From positions 4,350,305 to 4,414,304 of the forward strand of contig CBDCNM010000002.1 of assembly GCA_965219385.1 (NCBI GenBank): a DNA stretch of 64,000 nt, in the 5' to 3' direction. Origin of the DNA: Candidatus Latescibacterota bacterium. Lineage in GTDB: Bacteria > Latescibacterota > UBA2968 > UBA8231. The number at the start of each line of letters is the position of its first letter. Positions within the stretch are counted from its first letter, which is position 1. Below the pieces are notes generated by a model. The model worked only from the letters and a program-made list of their open reading frames with translations. It was not told where the DNA came from and ran no database searches. Made by a program: the position numbers and the translations under genes. Shown here in pieces: positions 33,262 through 44,474 of this stretch.

Positions 33262-33438
33262 TGAGGAGGCCTCCTTGGTCTGAGTTCTGGGTAATTGTGT
33301 TTTTAAGAAGAGTACTCCAACCCGAGGAATTCGGCAAGTCAGGGGGCGATTATTCAGCCCTGGTTGTCTTGCGAAGATCAATCCTTCGCTTCTATATTAA
33401 CAAAGTTGAAATCGCAACTACTTATCCAGCCTTCAAAT

Positions 33439-34734
33439 ATGGATAAATCCATCAAAATCGGCCTGGTCGGCCTGGGAACGGTCGGTACGGGTGTCGTGCA
33501 GTTGTTGCAGGATGCGCCCTCTGCCATGCGGCGGCGCGAGCACGTGGACTTTACGCTTTGTCGGGTGGCGGTGCGGGATCCCGGCAAAAGGAGAGCGCTT
33601 GGAATCGACGAAGCGCTGCTGACCGGGGATGCCCTGGAGGTGGTAAACGACCCGGAAGTACAGATGGTGGTCGAGATCAGTGGCGCGGCCCAGGCCTACC
33701 AGTGGATCCGCACAGCCCTGGAGCAGGGCAAGGACGTAGTCACCGCCAACAAGGCCGTGCTGGCCGAACACGGCGAGGAGTTGTTCGGCCTGGCCCTGGA
33801 AAAAGGGGCGGACCTGATGTTCGAGGCCAGCGTCGCCGGCGGCATTCCGATCATTCGCTCTTTGCGCAGCGGCCTGGTGGCCAACAAGGTGGAGTCGCTC
33901 TACGGCATCCTCAACGGCACCACCAATTACATCCTCACCCGGATGTCGCGGGGCACCGGGGACTACGCCGGGATCCTCAAAGACGCTCAGGACAAAGGGT
34001 ATGCCGAGCCGGATCCCACCATGGATGTGAGCGGCATGGACGCGGCCCAGAAACTCACCTTGCTTTGTCGCATCGCCTTTCACTGCACCTGCAAGGCAGA
34101 GGATATCTTCTGCGAGGGGATCGAACGAATTGAACCCCGGGATATCGAATACGCCCGGGAGCTGGGTTATACCATCAAGCTGCTGGCCATTGCCAAGTAC
34201 GCCGGGGCGCAGGTGGAGGCGCGGGTCCATCCGGTCATGGTGCCGGCGGATTCCCTGCTGGCCAACATCCACGACGAATTCAACGCCATAGAGGTGGTGG
34301 GAAGCGCAGTGGGGACCCAGGTGTTCTACGGCAAGGGCGCCGGCCAGATGTCCACGGCCAGCGCCGTGGTCTCGGACATGGTGGAGCTGGCCGAACGCAA
34401 GATCTCCGGGGCGGGTTCGGCCATCGGGGATATGATCCTGGGGGCAGAAGCCACCGGTATCGCCGATATTCGGGATATCGAGATCAGGTACTACCTGCGG
34501 CTGCGGGTCGAGGACAAGCCCGGGGTCCTGGAACAGATCGCCCACATCCTGGCTCAGGAAGATATCAGCATTGCCTCGGTGATTCAGAAGGAGCGGGATC
34601 TGGAGGGGGGGAGCGTGCCGCTGGTGATCGTCACCCATGAAGCTCGGGAGCGCTCCATGTACAAGGCGGTGGCGGCAATGAATGGCCTGCCCATGGTCGA
34701 GGAAGTGCACCTGATCCGCATGGAGGAGCTGTAG
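33439..34734 (+). CDS. hom: Homoserine dehydrogenase with ACT domain
   Basis: GLGTVG, VTANKA, EASVAGGIP, GILNGTTNYIL, GYAEPDP, C-terminal DKPGVL. Confidence 0.95.
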   Translation: MDKSIKIGLVGLGTVGTGVVQLLQDAPSAMRRREHVDFTLCRVAVRDPGKRRALGIDEALLTGDALEVVNDPEVQMVVEISGAAQAYQWIRTALEQGKDVVTANKAVLAEHGEELFGLALEKGADLMFEASVAGGIPIIRSLRSGLVANKVESLYGILNGTTNYILTRMSRGTGDYAGILKDAQDKGYAEPDPTMDVSGMDAAQKLTLLCRIAFHCTCKAEDIFCEGIERIEPRDIEYARELGYTIKLLAIAKYAGAQVEARVHPVMVPADSLLANIHDEFNAIEVVGSAVGTQVFYGKGAGQMSTASAVVSDMVELAERKISGAGSAIGDMILGAEATGIADIRDIEIRYYLRLRVEDKPGVLEQIAHILAQEDISIASVIQKERDLEGGSVPLVIVTHEARERSMYKAVAAMNGLPMVEEVHLIRMEEL

Positions 34735-34737
34735 CCC

Positions 34738-35937
34738 TTGAAATACGTGGTACTGGTGCCGGATGGCGCCGCCGATTACGCCCTCGACGAGTTGGACGGC
34801 AGGACCCCGCTGCAGGCTGCTTCCACCCCCAATATGGATGCCCTGGCCCGGGAAGGCCTGGGCGGGCTGGTGCAGATGATTCCGGCTTCCCGGCATCCGG
34901 GGAGCGATATCGGCAACCTGGAGATTTTCGGCTATGATAGCCGGGTGCACTACAGCGGCCGGGCGCCCCTGGAAGCGGCGAGTATGGGCATCGAGCTGGA
35001 GGAGGGGGCGATTGCCTTTCGCTGCAACCTGATCACCCGGGACGGGGATACCCTGACCGACTACAGCGCCGGCCATATCACCATCGAGGAAGGCCGGGAG
35101 CTTTTTCAGCTTCTCGGGGGCAAACTGGCGCAGGAGGATATCCGCTTCTATCCAGGGGTGGGCTACCGCCATTTGCTGGTCTGCCAGAATGGCCCCGACG
35201 GGCTGGTATCTCATCCGCCGCACGATATCATGGGCCAGTCAATCGCGGCGCACTTGCCTACCGGGGAGGGCCAGGAAAAAATTCGCGCTCTGATGGAGGC
35301 GGCCGAGCCCATCCTGGCGGAGGCGCAGGTCAACCAGATCCGCAGGGAGGCAGCAATGTCCCCGGCCAATGCCATCTGGCTCTGGGGATCGGGCCGGGCG
35401 CTGCAACTGGATAGCCTGAAAGAAAAATACGGGCTCAGCGGGGGGGTGATTTCAGCGGTGGACCTGGTGCGGGGCATCGGCCGGTCTGCCGGCCTGGAGG
35501 TGATCGAGGTGCCGGGCATCACCGGGTACCTGGACACCAACTACTCCGGCAAGGCCCGCTACGCCCTGGAGGCCCTGGAGCGCTACGCCCTGGTCTACGT
35601 GCACGTGGAGGCCCCGGACGAGGCCGGCCACAACGGGGATCCCGGGGCCAAGATACAGGCCCTGGAGGACTTTGATCGTCTGGTGGTCGGGCCGGTGGTG
35701 GAAGGGGTGCAAAATTACCGCCAGGCGCGGATCCTGATGACCCCGGATCACCGCACCCCCATTGCGCTGCGGACCCACAGCCGCGAGCGGGTGCCCTTTG
35801 TGCTGTGGGGCAGTGGGCTGGCCGCGGATGGTCTGGAGGCCTATGACGAGCGGGCCGCGGAAAAGGGGTCCCTGCACCTGGGTCGCGGCCACGAACTGAT
35901 GGATTACCTGGTGGGAAAGAAGAAGGTCGGAGGCTAG
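34738..35937 (+). CDS. apgM: Cofactor-independent phosphoglycerate mutase family (ApgM; proposed homoserine kinase subgroup)
   Basis: PDGAAD, TPNMD, PGSDIGNL, GRAPLEA, HVEAPDEAGHNG, PDHRTP. Confidence 0.85.
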   Translation: MKYVVLVPDGAADYALDELDGRTPLQAASTPNMDALAREGLGGLVQMIPASRHPGSDIGNLEIFGYDSRVHYSGRAPLEAASMGIELEEGAIAFRCNLITRDGDTLTDYSAGHITIEEGRELFQLLGGKLAQEDIRFYPGVGYRHLLVCQNGPDGLVSHPPHDIMGQSIAAHLPTGEGQEKIRALMEAAEPILAEAQVNQIRREAAMSPANAIWLWGSGRALQLDSLKEKYGLSGGVISAVDLVRGIGRSAGLEVIEVPGITGYLDTNYSGKARYALEALERYALVYVHVEAPDEAGHNGDPGAKIQALEDFDRLVVGPVVEGVQNYRQARILMTPDHRTPIALRTHSRERVPFVLWGSGLAADGLEAYDERAAEKGSLHLGRGHELMDYLVGKKKVGG

Positions 35938-35947
35938 GCGCGTACTT

Positions 35948-37165
35948 ATGGCACTGGTGGTACAGAAATACGGTGGCACTTCGGTGGCCACGCCCGAGTT
36001 GATCCGGCGGGTGGCCGAGCGCATAGTGGCGCGCCACAAGAGCGGGGACCGCATGGTGGTGGTGGTCTCGGCCATGGGCGATACCACGGACGAGCTGGAG
36101 GCCCTGGCGGCCAAGGTGAGCCGCAACCCGACCGATCGAGAGATGGACATGCTCATGGCCTCGGGCGAGCGCATCTCCATGGCGCTGCTGTCCATGGCAG
36201 TGAACGACCTGGGGGTCGAAGCGGTGTCCATGACCGGGGGGCAAAGCGGTATCATCACGGATGCGGTCCACCGCAAGGCCCGCATCCTCGACCTCAAGCC
36301 GGACCGGCTGCTGGAGGAGCTGGACCGGGGCCGGATCCTCATCGTCGCCGGGTTCCAGGGGGTGACGACCGAGGCCGAGGAAACCACGCTGGGCCGCGGG
36401 GGCTCCAACCTGAGCGCCGTGGCGCTGGCCTATGCCCTCGCGGCGGATGTGTGCGAGATGAATACCGACGTGGACGGCATCTACACCGCCGATCCGCGGG
36501 TGGTGCCCCAGGCGTGCAAGTTGGATGTGATCACCCCCGAGGAGATGCTGGAACTGGCCAGCGCCGGGGCCCGGGTATTACAGTCGCGCTCGGTGGAATT
36601 CGCCAGCAAGTACGGGGTTACCATTGCCGTGCGCTCCAGTTTCAACCAGAATCCCGGTACCCTCATCAAGGAGGTAAAACGGATGGAAGAGGTAGTAGTG
36701 CGCGGGATCGCCCACGATCTCGACGAAGCCAAGATCACGGTGCGCCGCGTGACCGACCGCCCGGGGATCGCCGCCCGGTTGTTCGGGTCGCTGGCCGAGC
36801 GCACCATCAATGTCGATATGATCATTCAAAACACCAGCGAGGCCGGCACCACGGACGTATCCTTCACGGTCCAGGAGGTCGACCTGGAACGCGCCCTGGA
36901 GGTGTGCGAGGGGATCAAGGACGAGCTGGGCGCCAAGGATGTGGTCTCGGACCTGGATATCGCCAAGATTTCGGTGGTGGGGGTGGGCATGAAGAGCCAT
37001 GCCGGGGTCGCCGCCAATATGTTCAAGGCCCTGGCCGAGGCGGATATCAACATCCACATGATCAGCACCTCGGAGATCAAGATTTCCTGCGTGGTCGACC
37101 AGGAAGGCGCCGAGAATGCGGTGCGGGTTTTGCACGCGGCCTTCAACCTGGCCGCAGCGGCTTAG
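35948..37165 (+). CDS. lysC: Aspartate kinase
   Basis: QKYGGTSV, VSAMGDTTD, TTLGRGGS, TDVDGIYTADPR, two ACT domains. Confidence 0.95.
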   Translation: MALVVQKYGGTSVATPELIRRVAERIVARHKSGDRMVVVVSAMGDTTDELEALAAKVSRNPTDREMDMLMASGERISMALLSMAVNDLGVEAVSMTGGQSGIITDAVHRKARILDLKPDRLLEELDRGRILIVAGFQGVTTEAEETTLGRGGSNLSAVALAYALAADVCEMNTDVDGIYTADPRVVPQACKLDVITPEEMLELASAGARVLQSRSVEFASKYGVTIAVRSSFNQNPGTLIKEVKRMEEVVVRGIAHDLDEAKITVRRVTDRPGIAARLFGSLAERTINVDMIIQNTSEAGTTDVSFTVQEVDLERALEVCEGIKDELGAKDVVSDLDIAKISVVGVGMKSHAGVAANMFKALAEADINIHMISTSEIKISCVVDQEGAENAVRVLHAAFNLAAAA

Positions 37166-37176
37166 GAGTGACAGTC

Positions 37177-38196
<1,020 letters not shown>

Positions 38197-38470
38197 ACCG
38201 GGACGCCCGCCAGCTTGCCGGCGGCGTCGAAGAGAGCCATCCGCCGGCCGGTGCCCAGCGAGTCGTCCCCCATCTGACGTGTTCGTGGACCTGGCCCCGG
38301 CCTCAGGTGTAGTTCTGGTGGTCTCGCCCCAGCCGACGATGCCGCCGTCGGTCTCGATGCGGACGATTCCCAGCTCGGACCAGGGGTGGATCCCGGCGCG
38401 TTGCATTCCCAGCCGCACTCGCTCGATCAAGGGGAAAGGGGACCGGCAGGATGAAGCGCTCGATGGGGGT
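38197..38470 (-). pseudogene. Frameshifted N-terminal relic of a mandelate racemase/MLE family gene
   Basis: Fragments in different frames: IERFILPVPF, IVRIETDGGIVGWGET, MALFDAAGKLAGVPVYH. Confidence 0.65.
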
Positions 38471-38485
38471 GCCTTTGGTCGTCGT

Positions 38486-39628
38486 TTATGATGCGCCCTG
38501 GACGCATACGTGGTCGATGAAACGGGTGTAGACATCCACCCCCTTGTGCAGTTGGTCGAGTTCGATCCACTCGTCCACGGTGTGCCCCTGAGCGATATTG
38601 CCGGGGCCCAGTACCACCAGGCGTTTCATCCGGGTGAAGAAGGCCACCCCGTCCGTGCCGTAGGGCACCGTGGTGGGCCTGCGGGTTCCGGTCAGCCCGA
38701 GGGCGGTTTGCACCAGGGATGAATCGGGTGGAGTGTAGAGCGGTTTTCCCAGGCGGACGGTTTCGCACTTGAGGCCGTGTTTGCGGGCGCTGTTCTTGGT
38801 CCGTTCGATCAGGGGAGCGACATCGATTGTGGGCATGAGGCGGTAACTGAGGGTACAGATGCTTTGCACTGGAGAGACATTGGTGGCGACGTTGTGATCG
38901 TTGATGCCGATGCACCACTCGGAGTGCGGTGGCTTGAATTCGTCGTTGCGGTAGCGTTTGGAGCTCAATACCAGGTCGTTTATTTTTTTCATCTCGGCCA
39001 GAAAGGGGATCATTTTGAGGTTGGCGTTGATTCCTTTCAGGGTGCTGGTATGGGCGGCGCGACCTTTGGAGACCACCCGCATGCTCAGGCCGCCCTTGTG
39101 AGCGTAGACCACGCGCAGGAGCGTGGGTTCGCAGATGATGCCATAGCCGCTGCTGGCCTCGGCGAACAGTTTGGAGCGTCGCGCCACGTCATAGGCACCG
39201 TCGCCGCCGGTCTCCTCGTCCGCGGTGACCACGATGTAGACCGGGGCTTTGAGGTCTCTGGCTTTGAAGTGGGCCGCAGCGCAAATGGAGGCGGCCAGAG
39301 GCCCCTTCATATCCGCGGCTCCGCGGCCGTAGAGCTTGCCTTTGCTGACCCTGCCTTCAAAGGGGCTTCCGGTCCATTCGTGGGCGTTGGAAGCCGGCAC
39401 CACATCGTCGTGGCTCATCAGGGTAAGGCCGCCCGCGCCCTTGCCCAGCTTGCCGACGATGGAGAGTTTGTCCACGCCGTTGGCGTCGGTATAGGGCAGT
39501 TCTTCGATCTGAAATCCCAGTGCTTTGAGCAGCTTGACAACGCGCCGGGTGACCGGGACGTTGCTGAACTGGCTGACGGAGTTGTACCCCACCAGATCCT
39601 TGGCGAGTTCTACGACGTCGAGTGACAT
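38486..39628 (-). CDS. M20 family metallopeptidase/deacylase (ArgE/DapE-like)
   Basis: SHDDVVP, GRGAADMKG, ADEETG, ICEPT, GTDG, HTVDEWI. Confidence 0.88.
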   Translation of the reverse strand: MSLDVVELAKDLVGYNSVSQFSNVPVTRRVVKLLKALGFQIEELPYTDANGVDKLSIVGKLGKGAGGLTLMSHDDVVPASNAHEWTGSPFEGRVSKGKLYGRGAADMKGPLAASICAAAHFKARDLKAPVYIVVTADEETGGDGAYDVARRSKLFAEASSGYGIICEPTLLRVVYAHKGGLSMRVVSKGRAAHTSTLKGINANLKMIPFLAEMKKINDLVLSSKRYRNDEFKPPHSEWCIGINDHNVATNVSPVQSICTLSYRLMPTIDVAPLIERTKNSARKHGLKCETVRLGKPLYTPPDSSLVQTALGLTGTRRPTTVPYGTDGVAFFTRMKRLVVLGPGNIAQGHTVDEWIELDQLHKGVDVYTRFIDHVCVQGAS

Positions 39629-39720
39629 GGAAGTTTTAGCCTCGGGTTGACAGGTTGAGGGTTGATAAAGGGCAAAATAAAGACGAAGAGCGGGCGAGGC
39701 AAGGATTTTCGTCCACCGAG

Positions 39721-39757
39721 AAAAGGGCCTGCCCCCACGCGGAAGCAGGCCCTTTTT
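39721..39757 (-). terminator. Intrinsic terminator hairpin downstream of the DUF5069-like gene
   Basis: AAAAGGGCCTGC...GCAGGCCCTTTT inverted repeat with T tracts on both strands. Confidence 0.7.
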
Positions 39758-39777
39758 GTACAACCGGGTGGTTTGAC

Positions 39778-40215
39778 CTAGGTGGTCACGGCAGCATGCA
39801 ACTCTGTCCAGTCGTCCAGGTTGTTGAGGTTGACCGCGTCCAGGATAGAGCCGTCGTTGGCGACGCCGGCGGCCGAGAGGATTTCTCCGCGGGTGCCGGC
39901 GTCGTGGTCGTAACCGCGGATGGCGGCGTTGGAGGCGTCGATCTCGCTTTGCGGGATACTGCCGCCGCGCTGGTCCACGACCCATTTTTCGAACTGGGCA
40001 TAGGACGGCTTGTTGTCCTTGATGTAGTTCACCGCCGCGTCGCGGTCGATGCCCAGGCCGTCCAGAACCATCTGGTCGAAGCCCAGGCCGCATTCATCGT
40101 AGCCTTCCTCCAGGTTGCCCGTAGCGCTCAAGAGCACCTTGGACCAAAGCCGGGGCAGGTGGATGGCGCCGAGCGGACCGGCGATATCGGAACTGATTAA
40201 AGGAATAATGGCCAT
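39778..40215 (-). CDS. DUF5069-like small protein
   Basis: AAGGAGG RBS; GPLGAIHLPRLWSK...GFDQMVLDGLGID motif. Confidence 0.65.
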   Translation of the reverse strand: MAIIPLISSDIAGPLGAIHLPRLWSKVLLSATGNLEEGYDECGLGFDQMVLDGLGIDRDAAVNYIKDNKPSYAQFEKWVVDQRGGSIPQSEIDASNAAIRGYDHDAGTRGEILSAAGVANDGSILDAVNLNNLDDWTELHAAVTT

Positions 40216-40422
40216 TTCTCCCCTCCTTAGTAAGGTAGATAATAGGTTGTAACCGGACCCCTTGGTCGGGCCCCGAAGCCCTTGTTGGCAGGGCATTAAC
40301 TATACTTAAAGGACCTGGGAATGTCAAACGAAAACTGGCGGGTTTTACCGATCCCTTGATCAAAGGTGGGAAAGTGTGCATCATATACTGGTTTTTTCTT
40401 GGTCCAACGGGATGGATACTGG

Positions 40423-41535
40423 ATGAAAAAAGAGGGGGTTCTGCGCTGCGGCATCATTGGTGCGGTCACCAGGGGCAGCAGCTGGGTACACACTCTGCTG
40501 GCCAATCCGGCCACGGAAATCGCCGCGCTGTGCGATATCCGGGAAGAACAGGTCCGGGCGAATGCCGCCGAACTGGAAGTAGAGCACGTATTCACCGAGG
40601 CCGAAGCTATGCTGGACTCGGGACGGATCGACGCGGTGTTGATTGGCACGCCCATGCCCTTTCACGCGCCGCAGGCATGCATGGCCCTGGAACGCGATAT
40701 CCACGTGCTCAGCGAGGTGACCGCCGGGGTCTCCATCGAGGAGTGCCGCGACCTGGTCCGAGCCGCACGCCGCAGCAAGGCCCACTACATGATGGCCGAG
40801 AACTATTGCTACATGAAACCCAATGTGCTGGTGCGGGAGCTGGTGCGCGCCGGTTTCTTCGGGGAGATTTACTACGCCGAAGGAGCCTATGTCCACGAGC
40901 TGAAAGCGCAGAACGAGGAAACCCCGTGGCGGCGGCACTGGCAGACCGGGGTCAACGGCTGTACCTATCCCACCCACAGCCTGGGGCCGGTACTGCAGTG
41001 GTTCGAGGGGGAGCGGGTGACGGCGGTCTGCGCGGTGGGGACCGGGCGTCACTACAAGGATCCGCGCGGGGATTATTACGAGATGGAGGACTCGGTTACC
41101 ATGATGTGCCGGCTCAGCTCCGGGGCCCTGGCCCAGGTCCGGGTGGACATGCTCTCGGACCGGCCTCACAACATGGTCCACTACGCCCTGCAGGGCACGG
41201 ATGGAAGCTACGAGTCCACGGACGGGTACCAGGGTATCCCCAAGATCTGGCTGCGGGATCGCAACCCCCAACCCGAGTGGGAGCCGCTGGAGATGCTGGA
41301 GGAGTACCTGCCGGAGTACTGGAAGAATCCCCCGGCCGAGGCCATCAAAGCCGGCCACGGGGGCGGAGATTACTGGGAGGTGCAGGATTTTGTGAGCGCC
41401 ATCCTGGAGGACCGGGAGCCGCCAATCGGCATCGATCGAGCCCTGGACATGACCCTGCCCGGGCTGGTCAGCCGGCAGTCCATTGTCCAGGGCTCGACCT
41501 GGGTGGCGGTGCCGGACTCGCGCAACTGGACGTGA
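40423..41535 (+). CDS. Gfo/Idh/MocA family oxidoreductase
   Basis: HVLSEV, MMAENY, YPTHSLGP, GHGGGD. Confidence 0.88.
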   Translation: MKKEGVLRCGIIGAVTRGSSWVHTLLANPATEIAALCDIREEQVRANAAELEVEHVFTEAEAMLDSGRIDAVLIGTPMPFHAPQACMALERDIHVLSEVTAGVSIEECRDLVRAARRSKAHYMMAENYCYMKPNVLVRELVRAGFFGEIYYAEGAYVHELKAQNEETPWRRHWQTGVNGCTYPTHSLGPVLQWFEGERVTAVCAVGTGRHYKDPRGDYYEMEDSVTMMCRLSSGALAQVRVDMLSDRPHNMVHYALQGTDGSYESTDGYQGIPKIWLRDRNPQPEWEPLEMLEEYLPEYWKNPPAEAIKAGHGGGDYWEVQDFVSAILEDREPPIGIDRALDMTLPGLVSRQSIVQGSTWVAVPDSRNWT

Positions 41536-41564
41536 ATTACAACCCCAACCAAAGGAGAATTATC

Positions 41565-42659
41565 ATGGCTAAATACCGCGCCGCAGTGATCGGCCTGGGC
41601 TGGATGGGCATGCTCTACGACCTGGGGCAACGCTCGGGTACCTGGAACGTCGACGATATCGACCGTCCCACCCCGGAACTGGATGTCCACCGCAAGTTCC
41701 ATCACCACGATCATCCGGGAGCGGAGGGCTTGCCCAGTTCCTATGCCGAGGCCCTGCACGACCGGCCCGAGGTGGAGTTGAGCGCCGCGGCCGAGCGCGA
41801 TCGCAAGAGGCTCAAGGTTTTTTCCGAGCGCTACGGGATCGATGCCCTCTACGAGGATGCGGAGGAAATGCTGCGCCAGGAGAAGCCGGATATCGTGGCG
41901 GTGGCCACCAATACCAAACACCGGGCGGATTTGACCTGCCTGGCCGCGGAGTGCGGCGCCAAAGGCATTTTTACCGAAAAGCCCATGGCCCATACCCTGG
42001 AGGAAGCCGACCGCATGGTGAAAACCTGCGCCGAGACCGGCACGGCCCTCAACTGCGGGGCCATTACCACCACGCACCCTTCCTTCGGTCGGGCCGTGGA
42101 GTTGGTGCGGAGCGGGGCCATCGGCGAGCTGGTATCGATCGAGGCCGCCGGCGCCGGTACCCAGCACCAGAACTGGTCGCTCTTTGTGGAAAGCGCTCCG
42201 GCCTGGGTGGTGGGGGTAGGGGATGCGCCGCGGCGGGAATCGGGCAGCGACGAGTTTGCCGGGCAGGGGATGATGGTCACCGAGGACGGACTGGTGGTCC
42301 ACTACCGCAAGGGGGCACCGGGGGTGCGGCTGAGCGGCAGCGCCGGCGAGATGGTCTTTGATTACCTCGAAGCCTGGGGGCTGTGGCAGGACGTGGAGGT
42401 GGACGGGAGCAACGGGCGGGTGCAGATGCCCTGGCCCAAGCCGCAGTTCGTGCCTCCGTACGGGGGGGTTTATTCCCTGAACGACGTGATAGACTGCATG
42501 GAGGGACGGTTGGACGAACCCAAGAATTCGGGCCGGCGGGTCGCGGTCGCTCTGGAAGTGGAGATCGCCCTCAAGCAATCCTCGGCCCAGGGCAGTGCCA
42601 GGGTGGATCTACCGCTGGCGGATCGCTCCCTGGGGCTCAACTACGACTGGTTCCGGTAG
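41565..42659 (+). CDS. Gfo/Idh/MocA family oxidoreductase
   Basis: AAGGAG RBS; IGLGWMG, FTEKPMA. Confidence 0.85.
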   Translation: MAKYRAAVIGLGWMGMLYDLGQRSGTWNVDDIDRPTPELDVHRKFHHHDHPGAEGLPSSYAEALHDRPEVELSAAAERDRKRLKVFSERYGIDALYEDAEEMLRQEKPDIVAVATNTKHRADLTCLAAECGAKGIFTEKPMAHTLEEADRMVKTCAETGTALNCGAITTTHPSFGRAVELVRSGAIGELVSIEAAGAGTQHQNWSLFVESAPAWVVGVGDAPRRESGSDEFAGQGMMVTEDGLVVHYRKGAPGVRLSGSAGEMVFDYLEAWGLWQDVEVDGSNGRVQMPWPKPQFVPPYGGVYSLNDVIDCMEGRLDEPKNSGRRVAVALEVEIALKQSSAQGSARVDLPLADRSLGLNYDWFR

Positions 42660-42851
42660 GGTCGGGAGGTGGGCCAGCCCTCCGAGGGGGTAGCGGCTAC
42701 CAGGGTCTCCTTTTCCTCGTAGACCAGATCGTTGTCGGGGGCGGCGCAGCGGATGACTTTGTCGGTTTCCACCGCGCACGGAGAGCCGTCGCGAAAGGCC
42801 ATCACGCCCGGATGAATGACTCAAATCACCACTCAAACGAAGGAATCTACC

Positions 42852-44438
42852 ATGTCACAGCCACGCATTATGTTCTACCACGATGGACGCCACCCCCTGA
42901 TTTACATGTACGAGCCGCCCATGCAAAAGGAAGAATACGAGGCCGGCGTCGACGAGTTGCTCGGCACCCCGGTGGAGGCGATCATGTTTTGCCTGGGAGA
43001 TGGTCGCACCGTGTTGCACGACACCAAGGTGGGCGAATTGTGGGGCCACAACGTCAAGAAATGGCCCCACCTGATCTTTCATCGAGCCCACCGCAATGCC
43101 GTGAGTCTGATTCGCCAGGGCAACGATCCGCTGCGCGTCATCTGCGCGCGGGCCCACGCGCGCGGCCTGCTGGTCTATCCGACGTTGCTGGTACAACAGG
43201 GTACCGGGGTGCGCGGCGAGGATACCCGCTGCTCGGATTTCTGGTTCGACAATCCCCATCTGACCATCGGGGCGCGAGGGGATCTGCCCGCAGGTCATCG
43301 GGGCGCGACCTGCATGGATTTCAAACATCAGGAGGTGCGGGAGGAGCGTTTCGCCCTGATCCAGGAAACCCTGGACAACTACGACATCAACGGTTTCGAG
43401 CTGCAGCTCAATTATGGGCTGGACTACTTTCACCCAAAGGAGCTGAAGGCGGGCCGCAAGATCATGACCGAGTGGATCCGCAAGGTCTACCGGGCAGTGA
43501 AGAAGAGCGGTCGCAAGCGCGAACTGGCCATCCGCGTGCCGGCCAGCCTCCAGGGGTGTATGGAGTTGGGCCTGGACGTGCGCACCTGGATCAAAGAGGG
43601 AATCGTGGACGTGGTCATCGGCCAGACCTTCTCGGGGCCGGAACTGCAGGACCAGATGATCGATTTCCGGCCGCTGATAAGGGCGGCCAAGGACAGCAAG
43701 TGCCGGATTCACGCAGCCATCCACAGCCACGTGGACTCGGATCGTCTGAACGAAGCCAATATCCAGATGGTGCGGGCGGCGGCGTGCAACTACTGGGAAC
43801 AGGGCGTGGACGGTCTCTACCTGGCGCACTGGTTCAGCAACTGGCCGTATGGGTCTAGGTTTTACGAAAAGCTGCGCGAGTTGCCCTACCCCGAGATCAT
43901 GGCGCCGCGGGACAAGCACTATTACGTGCCCACTCCGACCGGCCGCTATACCGAACTGGAGCCCATGCTGGAGCCGGATGTCCTGGTGCAACTGCCGGTG
44001 AATCTGGAGGTTAAAAAACCGGTGCAGATCCATTTTGCCATCAGCGACGATCTGCCGCGCTGGGACAAAGTGGGCCGGGTACACGAGGTTTTGCTGCGTC
44101 TGCGGCTCGTGGAAACCACCGAGCGCGACCAGCTGTGCTTCCGGCTCAATGGCAAGGAGTTGCCGCCTGCATTACTGCGCAAGATCAACCGGTTGTACAT
44201 GATGGATGCTCCGCGCTACCGGGTAGGCGGCTACTGGTTCGTGTTCCGCCTGGACAAGGCCCACTGGCCGCGAAAGGGGGAAAACACCGTGGAAGTGACC
44301 CTGCTGCGGCGCGACCGGGAGGCGGCTCCCCCGGTTCACGTCCGCGACGTGGAGCTGGAGACCAGGTACCTGATGGGCAAGAACTTCCACCGTGGTCACG
44401 ATGCCGAGCTGGGGGACTACGAGCATGTGAATCAGTGA
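42852..44438 (+). CDS. Glycoside hydrolase-like TIM-barrel protein (GHL10/DUF187-like), paralog of 8975..10549
   Basis: PRIMFYHDGRHP start shared with the paralog; MDFKHQEVREERFALIQE...DINGFEL. Confidence 0.65.
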   Translation: MSQPRIMFYHDGRHPLIYMYEPPMQKEEYEAGVDELLGTPVEAIMFCLGDGRTVLHDTKVGELWGHNVKKWPHLIFHRAHRNAVSLIRQGNDPLRVICARAHARGLLVYPTLLVQQGTGVRGEDTRCSDFWFDNPHLTIGARGDLPAGHRGATCMDFKHQEVREERFALIQETLDNYDINGFELQLNYGLDYFHPKELKAGRKIMTEWIRKVYRAVKKSGRKRELAIRVPASLQGCMELGLDVRTWIKEGIVDVVIGQTFSGPELQDQMIDFRPLIRAAKDSKCRIHAAIHSHVDSDRLNEANIQMVRAAACNYWEQGVDGLYLAHWFSNWPYGSRFYEKLRELPYPEIMAPRDKHYYVPTPTGRYTELEPMLEPDVLVQLPVNLEVKKPVQIHFAISDDLPRWDKVGRVHEVLLRLRLVETTERDQLCFRLNGKELPPALLRKINRLYMMDAPRYRVGGYWFVFRLDKAHWPRKGENTVEVTLLRRDREAAPPVHVRDVELETRYLMGKNFHRGHDAELGDYEHVNQ

Positions 44439-44474
44439 GGCTGCGCTGGTGGTCTTGCAGGGGCCGCTCCTATT

